A DNA stretch of 64,000 nt from Antedon mediterranea (Eukaryota > Animalia > Echinodermata). A program made the position numbers and the translations under genes. The stretch is taken from NCBI RefSeq assembly GCF_964355755.1, contig NC_092676.1:14402871-14466870 (forward strand), written 5' to 3'. This document shows positions 37,735 through 49,337 of this stretch, piece by piece. The notes beneath the pieces were generated by a model. The model saw only the letters and a program-made list of their open reading frames with translations. It had not been told where the DNA came from and searched no databases. Position 1 is the stretch's first letter; each line of letters opens with the position of its first letter.

Positions 37735-38311
37735 AGACCTATTCCCTACAATTTGTGACGTTTTGTATATATATACATTACATATACATATATATTACTT
37801 TAAAAACATAAACCCAGGTCATTCCTTGTCTTAAATGTACGTTTTATTAATTAAATTAAATCATGATATAAACACTGCACTACCTAAGTAGCTTGCAGTG
37901 AATTTCTTCTTGTAAACATAATTATTTTTAAGTGTTTGCGAGCTATAGGCCTTGCCTAACGTTGTATAGTTGCTGCAATAATTATCTTTCTGTTTTTGAC
38001 AGACCCTGTTGATACAAATTGGGGGAAACCCAGTATTTTTGCTGAAAAGTTAAGAGCCTTCTATTTATTTTGGCCTCACGATCGATTAAAAGGGGGTTGA
38101 ATTACAGAAGAAAAACTAAAATATCAATCTGGACGCAGTGCATGTTGGGATTTATAGCGGGCCGCTAAAATTATTAGAATCGTCTCATTTTTTACATTTT
38201 TAACCATTTAAAGACAAAAAAAGTTATCTCAATAGGGCCATACAGTATTTATTTTTACATTAATGTAGTTTGTGACCTTAAATTAGATCTAAAAACGTAG
38301 GAAATGGGTCT
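37735..38311. mobile_element. Kolobok-type MITE
   Basis: TTAA-AGACCTATTCCCTAC ... GTAGGAAATGGGTCT; right TSD imperfect. Confidence 0.65.
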
Positions 38312-38405
38312 TTTTAAGAGCATGTTAACATAGCAGTGAATAAAACAGCATTAGCAGTGCTAAAAAAATTGCATAATAGCTGCGTTAAAACTTAAGCAAA
38401 ACATA

Positions 38406-39147
38406 CCATATTGTTCATAATAAACGCCTTGCCCCTAATAAACGCCCGCCTTCATTTTTTTTTCATTTTCTAATTAACACACCTAGTGCCCAATATATAT
38501 AAACAGAGGATTCTCATGTTTAGAATTGGTTTTCAGCCCAGAAAGTCACATATTTCAGCGACTGTGGTAACGATGTACGCTAACAGCGTGACAAACATGT
38601 AGGCCTGCACCGGGAGCGGGGGTAATTTGCGACAATATATATCGCTGGTCTTTAAAAATCAGGAAAACAACGGGATCAGACAATCGCATGTTTATTCACA
38701 CAACACGGAATTGATACAAGGCGTCTGGCTCATGAAGACCTTTCGAATTCTTAGAACTTTTCATCAAGTTGAGGGCGGATGTCGATAAACACACTGTTTC
38801 TGTTGTGAAGGACAACGAAGAACGCTGCATCATCGGCCATTTAATTTGCCACAAGAGCATTCCAAGATTTTTTATTTTTTGTTGAAACATAAAGGCGAAG
38901 TAAAAGTAAAAAATTACAGCTAAACGCAGGCACAGTAGCATAGCAGGGGGTTTAGAGGTACCCTGTGAACTTTTTTGTTGCACACCCAAAAAAACATTGA
39001 TTGACCGTCTGAAGCAACTTGTTTAGGGTAGCTAGGTAGGCCTCATATAGGCTCTAGGCCTAGGCTAGGCCCTAGGCCCTAACAAACGCCCCCCCCCCTT
39101 TAAAAAAAAATGCAACGCCCCAGGGGCGTTTATTAGAAGCAATATGG
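38406..39147. mobile_element. pogo/Tigger-like MITE (TA TSD)
   Basis: TA-CCATATTG..TAATAAACGCC ... GGCGTTTATTA..CAATATGG-TA. Confidence 0.75.
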
Positions 39148-39212
39148 TAGGTTATGCAAATAAGAGCTCATTATATGCTTAAATATGCAAAATTAGCTAA
39201 ATATATAAATGC

Positions 39213-40350
39213 TATATTCTGCTTTATAACTTCTGCATAAGCCAAGGATATTTTCCTGTAGAATGGAAAAAATCAAATGTCATTCCTCTGCATAAAAAAG
39301 GCAATAAATCCCTTATTGAGAACTATCGCCCTATATCCATACTTTCCAACTTTGCAAAAATTTTTGAGCGTGCAGTTTTTGATATAGTATTATAAATACT
39401 TTGTGGATAATAAACTTCTTACTCAATTCCAATCTGGTTTTACACCAGGTGACTCGACAACGTATCAACTTCTTTATCTTATAGATACATTTAATAGAGC
39501 TTTAGATTTAAGGAAAGAAGTAATCTCGGTATTTTTGGATATTTCCAAAGCCTTCGATAAAGTTTGGCATAATGGGATTATATACAAATTAAATCAATAT
39601 GGAATTAATGGCACTCTTCTAAAATGGTTCCAAAGTAACTTAAACTCACGTGAGCAACGTGTTATTATTGAAGGAACTACCAGTCCTTGGGTGACCATTA
39701 CAGCAGGAGTACCCCAAGGATCTGTTTTGGGTCCATTTTTATTTATTGTATTCATAAATGATATGGTTGATAATATCAAATCCAATATTAGTTTATATGC
39801 AGATGATACTTCGTTATATGATATTTGTACAGATCGTAATATTTCAGAACAAAAATTAAATGGTGATCTTAATGTCATTTATAATTGGGCAAAAAAAGGG
39901 AAAGTAACATTCAATGCTAACAAAACGAAAGCTATACTGTTTACACGTAAACATTTAGATAACTATGTTAGTTTAAATTTCAATAATGTAAATCTACAAT
40001 TTGTAAATGATCATAGGCATCTTGGTGTAATGCTTAATGCAAAACTCAAGTGGGATTCCCATATCCAATCTGTAATTAACAAAGCGTCTTTATCTTTAAA
40101 TATGCTACGTCGTGTCAAACATATTCTACCTCGACAGGCTCTCTGTCACATTTACACATCACACGTTAGACCATTAATGGAATATGCAGCTCCTGTTTGG
40201 TGTAATATTCCAGATAAATTAAGTGATGAACTAGAAAATATCCAGATTTCTGCAGGTAGAATATGTACTGGTGCGTGGAAACATACAAGTCATAATGCAT
40301 TAAGACAAGAATTAGGCTGGTTATCATTGGAAAAACGTAGACAATTTTTA
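39213..40350 (+). mobile_element. CR1-group LINE RT fragment with a long open frame (39403-40389)
   Basis: FPVEWKKSNVIPLHKKG, NYRPISIL, FQSGF, FLDISKAFDKVWH, GVPQGSVLGP, LYADDT, HLGVML, ELGWLSLEKRR. Confidence 0.93.
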
Positions 40351-40377
40351 ATTTGTTTTTATTTTTCTAACTTTCAG

Positions 40378-40444
40378 ATTAAAGGCTGAACCCACTCATA
40401 AACTATGCAATCACACAAGTAGTTGTTTATACAGCTGTGTAGCA
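40378..40444 (+). CDS. TMEM135: TMEM135 coding exon 8
   Basis: ctttcag acceptor; LKAEPTHKLCNHTSSCLYSCVA (cf. [20 protein letters not shown]); gtgagt donor; phase 2 to 0. Confidence 0.87.
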
Positions 40445-43400
40445 GTGAGTATTACACTTTACGGTAAACCAGTTTTAAAGACTTAACCATAGATCAACCT
40501 TTAGAAATAATCCAGTAGCTAGATCAACTTTCGTATGCACTTTGTGGTTCAGAGAATTTCACTTCAGAAATTGGTTTAGGATGGTCAAATTTTTTATTTT
40601 GTTACTCATTTTGAAAGTGTGGCAAAAGGTCAGAGTGAAAGGTTATAATACCAACCACCACAAAACAATTATCGTAGGAGGAGATAGGAAAATGCGAAGC
40701 ATCCTCGTATTATTGTGTGCAGGTATTTTTCAAGAGGACATCCATTGGACAGTGTATACCACAATCGGAAAAAACCCCTATTTGCATGAGGCAAATCGTT
40801 AAACTTAAATTTGTTTTAATTGTCAATAACTAACTATCTAACTAAATTTAATTTGTAAACAGGGTTACATCAGGTGGTTAAAATCAGTACCGAGATTCCA
40901 ACCAACTTTACCATCGAGTAAACATTCTAAAAATAACACGCGATACTGAATTTTGCCCTGACGTTAATTTATATATAGATACTGGCCTAAGTTGACGGCA
41001 AAAACAAAATCATTTATTGAATAAGATTTTACAGATTACTGTCTACATGCATCTATATAATACTGTAATAAAAAAATATTATCAGCAAATGTTTTCATAG
41101 ACTCTCTTCTCCCAGACGTGCTTTGGGGTTTGTAATTTGAGCTTGACCTGTCCTAGTTTACAAATTATAAAAAATGTCAGCCTTTAGGACTATAACTGCT
41201 GCTTGCTTATAGCTTCTGAATGAGTAATCCTCTTGTTTGAGCAGCAGTGTGAAAACAAAACTTAAATATTAAAGTAAAAAAGTGTAGAAAGAGGCAGTGC
41301 ATCTGAAGCCAATAACAAAGTATAGTTAGGAGCTTAGAGCCTATTCACACGTATGGCTTAACCCCTGGTGTATGCCTTGCGTAGCCTACGCCTTGCGTGT
41401 GAACTAGGCAGTGACGTTATTAACGCAACTCACTAAGCCACGTCTGTGGCGCTATTAACGACAGCTACATACCCCATCTTAACTAACGCTTTGGAGGTAA
41501 CTCCAGCGATGCTTGATTGATTTTGACCTATATTAAGATATTAACAAATTAATTCTTGTTTTAGAAAAACAAGCTAGTTAGCTGCTCTCTGCTCTTCGAT
41601 CTAAAGCGCATGAATTGTTTAGGGTGAAATAAAAGTAAAATAGACAAAAGCAGAGTCTTTTTCGGGAAAGAGAATCAAGTGCTGAATATGTTTCCAGATG
41701 GTCATTAAAACAGTGTAAAATCTAAAAAGGAACCAAGCGTTTAACTTTTAAAACAGAAACAATACTTGGACTTCTTTGTTTAACGACATTCATTAATATA
41801 ACAAACGCTGTACGTGTGGACACATGAGTATTTCAATCCGTGGATTACCTACCGCTTGCATAAGCCACGCCATTCTTAAAACGTACCCTTAGTTAACTTA
41901 GCTCAGGCTAGACCTGAGGGCAGCCTTACCTCTATACAAGGCTATTTTTTCAACGAAAAACAATAGGCCTAATTTGTTTTTTTTCATTAAAAATGCCTTG
42001 TCCTAGTAGTACTGTACTAGGTTATTTTATTATGATCATTTAGAATAAAATGATTACCTATTGTTATTGTATGAAATCTTTATTATTGTTCAGGAACTTT
42101 TTTTCATCTTTTTTTTTTATTCTTCTTTCTTTCCACGTATGTCTCAAATTCTTTTCAACATAAGATTGTATAACTTGTCAAAAGATTGACCTGTAGTTGT
42201 AGATTTGCAAGAAACTTGGCATGGGGGCTGAAGTCCCCGACACGGGGGCCTATGCGAGCGAGCATTACTTGGCCAGTGGGCCAGGGGGCCGCCAAGTGAA
42301 GCCCCCGGAAGCAACAGTGTTTTATTGTAACTCAAGGCCGTTTTAATCAGATTTAGGGGAGGAACATTTTTTTATGGTAGATGGAAATAAAATTATGTGC
42401 AAATCAATAATATTTCATTTGGATTTCCGACAAACTTTTCCGAAAAATGTAAAAGATGAAGTGAAAGTAAATAAATATGCCTATTCATCATAGTTATGCA
42501 TAAATATATACATAGTGAAAAGGCTTATTTTTGTGGTCTTGTATTATCGTATAATTATATATATTACTCTATGTTTTAAAAGAAAATCGTGTAAAATCAG
42601 GTACAAAAGTCGGGGAAATCAGTTAATCCCCTCGTCTGTACACGTGATGAACGTGGTATACTGTAGATACACCTCCATGCAATGGAGTTTACCTGCCATT
42701 TTTGGAATGAGAGGTTATGACATATAGGACATTGAAAAGAGAATAAACAAAAACGTAAAATAATATCCAACTAATTTATTTTCAAATCGTTTTCTACATT
42801 TTGGGACTTTTGCCTTAAATCTGCTTCCTCGGTCACTATGTATTCCAAGCATCATGAGCATTTGCCAACGCAAATAATTTTTTATTAGTCTCATTGAACT
42901 AAAATTGCGTTCACATTCGGCAGATGACACAGGCAAAGCGCACGCCACTAAACTGATACGCTCCAACTCAAAAAAAGCTTCCTTCAAATCTTCTAGATAT
43001 GTGTGTAGCAGCTGGAGAAGAGATCGATGTAGTTGTTCTGTTGATTTACGTCCCAATAGATGTTTGAAAGTAACTAATTAACTTTTAAGAACATCTGTAT
43101 CTGCTTTAAAAAGCTTAGCAAATTCCATAAGTGGGGCTGGTTCAAGAAACGTATTAGATGTTGGACACAACAATGAGATTCCTTTCATTATTGAGATGTT
43201 TTTTTCACTAAACCTTCTGTTCACCATCTATTTTATCAATGACTTCGACATTAGGCGCAGGAGCCCCGGATAGCGTTACGAAGTCGTTAACTCTGTCAGC
43301 CCATGGTCAACCCAACTAATGTGTTTTTCCCAAGGACAATTTATCAATAACTAAACTTTTTCACCACCCATAAGTGTGCTGTTCATTTCCTATTGACCAA

Positions 43401-44032
43401 TGAACACCAATGTAACTGGACCTGAGTTTCTTGCTATTTCGACCTTGGGTGCAAATTATACAATTAATTGATGTTAAGGCCACTGACTACTCTTTTCTGT
43501 ATAGAAACACTGAATTGACTAAATAATAAGAAAACCCTACAATAATTTCTACTACTACTTGATATGGTGTTATACAAGAACTATATTAAAAGAATTGAAT
43601 GTATGGAGAATGAAAAGTTAAACGTTATAACTTATATGTAAAACATCACTTAGATGATATCTATCAGATATATCATTTTCTAAAAATTGTTTCATTAGTT
43701 AGAATAGATCACGGAAAACCAATACTAATACTGATCTGGACTCGGAAATTCAAAATGTAGCAGGCAACGTTTCACCAATGAAAACTGTCAAGACAAACAA
43801 AGTATCATAATTATCATGATATCCATTTTTATTTAATAACGATAAATGGATATAAATATTTCGTCTTTTTTGTTATTTTGTGATGGAAAATATATTGAGT
43901 GAACATTGGCACTGAGCTTAAATGTTCCCTGTCCCCTTAATGTCCGCTTTATAGGAGTGTCCCCTCAGTAAGGATTTGCTGTTTTGCCCCTTAATAATAA
44001 ATTATGATGTCCATCTTATCCTCTCAATTTTA

Positions 44033-45580
44033 ATGTGCTACACCCGATAATAGAATACACATCTAGCTCGTGTGTACTTTAAAGAACCTAGTACATCTTT
44101 CGAGACGAGAGGGGGTTACCCCGGTGTATTAGTACATCACAGCCACTGATCACCAACTGGGCCCTCTGGGAGACCAGTCTTTGACTGAAGAGGTTACCCA
44201 GTATAAATATATATTTCAATTCAATTCAATAGAATAACTGTACAGTAGGCTCCCATTTGATGCAATGTGTTACCCAATGTGCTCAATTTGATTGTGCTAC
44301 CCAAATCCATGCTATCCATTTGAAATAATTTGCTATCCATTTGAAAGAATGTGCTACCCGATAATCCGTATAGAATAATGTACAGTACAATTACATATAT
44401 CCATTTGATTGTGCTACCTAATGTGCTATCCATTTGAAATAATGTGCTATCCATTTGAAAGAATGTGCTATCCATTTGAAAGAATGTGCTACCCGATAAT
44501 CCGTATAGAATAATGTACAGTACAGTACTATATCCATTTGACTGTGCTACCTAATGTACTATCCATTTGAAAGAATGTGCTACACCCGATAATCCTTATA
44601 GAATAATGTACAGTACTATATCCATTTGACTGTGCTACCTAATGTGCTATCCATTTGAAATAATGTGCTACCCGATAATCCGTAGGCTATAGAATAATGT
44701 ACAGTACAATTATATCCATTTGATTGTGCTACCTAATGTGCTATCCATTTGAAATAATGTGCTACCCGATAATCCTTATAGAATAATGTACAGTACTATA
44801 TCCATTTGATTGTGCTACCCAATGTGCTATCCATTTGAAATAATGTGCTATCCATTTGAAATAATGTGCTATTTGAAAGAATGTGCTACCCGATAATCCG
44901 TATAGAATAATGTACAGTACAATTACATCCATTTGATTGTGCTACCTAATGTGCTATCCATTTGAAATAATGTGCTATCCATTTGAAATAATGTGCTATC
45001 CATTTGAAAGAATGTGCTATCCATTTGAAATAATTTGCTATCCATTTGAAAGAATGTGCTACCCGATAATCCGTATAGAATAATGTACAGTACTATATCC
45101 ATTTGACTGTGCTACCTAATGTGCTATCCATTTGAAATAATGTGCTACCCGATAATCCTTATAGAATAATGTACAGTACTATATCTATTTGATTGTGCTA
45201 CCCAATGTGCTATCCATTTGAAATAATGTGCTATCCATTTGAAATAATGTGCTATCCATTTGAAAGAATGTGCTATCCATTTGAAATAGGCCTAATGTGC
45301 TATCCATTTGAAAGAATGTGCTACCCGATAATCATAGAATAATGTACAGTACTATATCCATTTGATTGTGCTACCTAATGTGCTATCCATTTGAAATAAT
45401 GTGCTATCCATTTGAAAGAATGTGCTGTCCATTTGAAAGAATGTGCTATCCATTTTAAAGAATGTGCTACCCGATAATCCGTATAGAATGCACAGTACAG
45501 TTATATCATAGTTACATCCATTTGATTGAGCTATCTATTGTGCTATCCGTTTGAACTAATGTGCTGTCTGTTTGAAATAA
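44033..45580. repeat. compound satellite: 21-bp AATGTGCTATCCATTTGAAA(T/G) units interleaved with a constant CCCGATAATCCGTATAGAATAATGTACAGTAC module
   Basis: Direct reading; a variable number of 21-mers separates successive modules. Confidence 0.92.
44058..44227 (+). mobile_element. 5'-truncated Deu/Nin-domain SINE with (TTCAA)n tail
   Basis: Core matches the 5329-5716 SINE; 9-bp TSD AATAGAATA at 44049-44057 and 44228-44236. Confidence 0.8.
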
Positions 45581-48500
45581 TTCAGGTTTTTTTTTTTTAA
45601 TATGTTTTGCTATCCATTTTAAACGTGCTAAACAAGTTACATATTTGTTGATATAAATTTGCGGTACACCACGTAGGCCTATATTAGTTCTGAAAAGAAC
45701 TGTTGAGTTGCTTGACGTTTCGATTTAGGCCTACTCCAAAGTCAAAGTCTCCAAAGCTATTTATCATGTCGTATTCGGGGAATCGCCCACAAGTGTTTTC
45801 TCAGAGAAGGGTATGTTCTGTATGGGGTTCTGTATGCTATTTTTTAATAATGTACAAAAAATGAAATGAAAAATCATATTAATTATCGGTATGTACGGAG
45901 GAAGCTCGAACAAGACGAAGCGCGAAACAAATAAAAGCGCAGCGCGAAACATCTGAAATGATATACAATTTCTCAAAACATGAAAACATAGAATATATTA
46001 TATTAATATAACTTTTTAATATTTCCAAAGGCTCGGACAAGGAAGAAGGGCCTTATAAAACTGAATTGCTATATGTTAGACCACATTTCCATAACTTTTC
46101 AAAATTCATCGAACCCTCTGCTATTAGGCCTAATTAATATAGGAGCGTATCGCCAAATCATTAGAGAAAAAAAAACATGGCATGAAGAAGTAATTAATCA
46201 AACAACGGCCAAATAATACCAACAATTTTAATTTAGGTTTCGATTCGTAATTACTAATGTGGTGGACTAAGCCTAGTTTGAAACTATAGTGACCATTTAT
46301 TTTAGAAAGAAAGATAGACAAATTTGTTTCCATCTCCATGTTATTGTTAATACCAAGGCACTTTTCAATTAAAAATTCTGGCCTAGTATTCTTGCAAGGT
46401 CGTCACAGCTCCAGTTACAAAGGTCGTCACAGCTCCAGTTACAAACGGTGATACAAAGTGTCAATCATTTGACCAGTGAACAGCCCACTGGTAGGATAGT
46501 CCTTGAAACCGTCCGTAAAACACATTAATCACTCACATCAGTCATGCCGCTAATGGTTGAAAACCTCACTTTTTGGGGTTTTCAAACGTAACGCTATCCG
46601 GGGCTCCTGCGCCTAATGAATACATTCTGGACAAAAACATTGAATCCATCAGAAGCACTCCGTTCAATATGACTTTCCACATAGTATGCAGGCAGAGCAG
46701 TCGGTGGTGCAACTTTCCGTTTTGGTCTCGTTTCAGGAAAACACAATCTGTCTGCAATCGTTTCTGCGGCGTCCCAGAATTCCTGACTGCTTTCTTTTGT
46801 CCGACAGGTTATTTATTTCATCTTTTAGCGTACCAATGAGGTCAACAGCGTGTGTCAAGTCATTTGATGGTGTTTGAAGAACATCAGATGCATACTTAAC
46901 TTTCGATAAAATGTGCCTTAGTACAGACAGGTATCGTAGGAATCGACGATCTATCTGCAGCAAATAACCGGTTGCCATAGTAATACTGCTGGAATTACTT
47001 TCGTTATCGATGACATCATTAAGAACCTCGATTAATATTTCTATTCGGTTCCAAAGAACGTTAAACTGCTTTGCCTGACATGACCAGCATATTTCTGACA
47101 CTCTACTAATTTCCATTTGCCTCAAGCCATACTTATCTTGCATCTTTTCTCACCTAACTGTCCTGTACTGGAACTAAGGAATGAGTGAAGCTGCTTGAAT
47201 AACACTACCATGACATAAACAATTACTAGGTTTAATCTATGGCAGAAACAATGGACATAATAGGCCATATCCGCTCCTGTTTTTTGTGGTAGTTTACGCT
47301 GAACTCCATTTAAATGTCGAGAAACAACAGAGGCACTGCCGTAGCCCTGTGCCCGATACAATTCTTCATATTGGCTTCAACTGACATCAGTTTATCAATG
47401 ATGGTGTCTGCACCCAGGCTTTGTTGCTTCAGCGACACCAACAAACTATTCATATATTGCCTTTTTGAAACAACATCAAACAGCGACAACCACTTGCTCG
47501 AGGACAGAGAACAAGCAGGCTTTGTGTAGCTCGTTCTTTATTTGTTCAAGAATCATGTCCTTCATTATTTCTAAAAGGGCGTTCTGAATACTGTAATGTG
47601 TATACTTGACATTTCCCGGCCCAGAAAGAATCTTTTTTGCAATTATGTCATCATGTTTTGCAACTAATGATAGAATAGCAAAGAAGTTTCCACACGCTTG
47701 ACATCTATGTTGCTTATTCGGTAAGATCTTCCAGTCTAACGCTGTGCGATCTTACACTGGGCAGTTACAATAAGATCTCCGATAATGTACGCAAGTAGTG
47801 CCTATTATCCTTGATGAGTTTTGCAGAAGCATCACTGTGAAGCTCCGATATGGATTTTGGCTTTCCCGACTTGATGGCATTGTGCACATGCATCGACACT
47901 TTCAACATTTAGAGAACTACACTGATGTTGTAATAGCTTGTTGAATCTTAGAGCGCGTTTATACAACACGCTATTACACGCATATTCTACACGCCTACGA
48001 GAAGTGTGTTGTATAACAACAAAGAGATTCCGTGTAATGAGATTTTAATTGCAAAAAAGGCTACTTGGCTGAATCCTAAAATTTGGTGGATTCCCGGTCG
48101 CCGTTACCGTGTTGGAAGTGTCCTCAGGGTATATTTTGACCTCTCGTTAAAACAGGTCGTAATAACAATCATGTCATGCGACGTCTAACAAGATTGGGCC
48201 CATTTATTGCTGCTTCGCTGCCAGCAATCATCCTCCTACCACGTCTTACGCCTAGCCTGGTTGGGCCAACTCGTAGTGGTAGTAGGCCTCTATAGACTAT
48301 CGTTTCCCACTCCAAACAGAATAAAAAATAACATCGCAAAAATGGCATCTTCTTCCATAGTGTATAGATGAAATAATGAAACCCTTAAAATAACTTTTAT
48401 TAATTTAAATGAACCGAGAACAAAATAAACAACAATGCAAACGTGAACGAATACAATAATGAAAATGGTAAAAACCGCGCGAATACATCGGACAGCGAGG

Positions 48501-49159
48501 AGGCGACGATGATTGTTGACAACCCAGCCAACAATTCAATTCAAGCGATCAACGATTTGACCTTTTATCCTAGCATGCACTGCGTGTTGATGAAACTTCC
48601 GGTACAACACGGTATCGTGATTTCTAGTATAACAGCAAACGTTAAGGTGGGTTGACCTCGGTCCGAACAACACGCTAAAAATTAAAGCCGTGTTCAAATT
48701 TAGGGTGTTGTATAAACACGACCTTATTCCATAACACTTTTTCCAGTTACAATATCCCTTATCAACTAAAAAAGTGGACTTGCTTATTTTGTCTGGCACC
48801 AAAATGTCAGCATTTAAAACAGTATATTGTGTCTTCATATTGAGAGTATTTAATCCAAGGATATTTGTCATATAAAGAAGAATTAAATGCTCTAAATTGC
48901 TTTCCAATTAGATAGGAGGGAAAAGCTTTACTTCATCAGTCACTGTGTAAGAAAATATAAATCAAAATAACACCTTCATAAATGTAACACTTTTAGGTTG
49001 TTTGACCGTCATGTATGGACTGACCAACAATATTGACAAATTAAAATTGAATATCGTTTTTACATCTTTAAATATTATATAGTTTTTTGTATGTGTTCAT
49101 GTAACTATTTTTATCATGTTTTTTAACATTGGAATACGAATTTCAATTACTGTCTATAA

Positions 49160-49337
49160 AGCGTGGTTCCCACTAGCGACGCAACACAAGGACGTAACGC
49201 AACGCAAGTGAATTGACCAATCACAAGCGATGGCTTATTTGCTTGTGATTGCTAAATGTCTATAACTTCGCTTGTCATTGGGTAAAACGCTTGCGTTGCG
49301 TTTACGTCCTTGCGTTACGTTCTAGTGGGAACCAGCT
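49160..49337. mobile_element. Harbinger-type MITE (family copy 2)
   Basis: Same TIR as 11879-12037; TAA on both sides. Confidence 0.85.

Noticed and set aside
39403-40389. domesticated reverse transcriptase host gene
   Set aside because: No ATG start, upstream RT sequence is in another frame and the 3' end is missing; consistent with a young LINE fragment.
44225-45580. CRISPR-like repeat/spacer appearance
   Set aside because: The intervening segments are themselves repeated rather than unique spacers, there are no cas genes, and the context is a eukaryotic intron.
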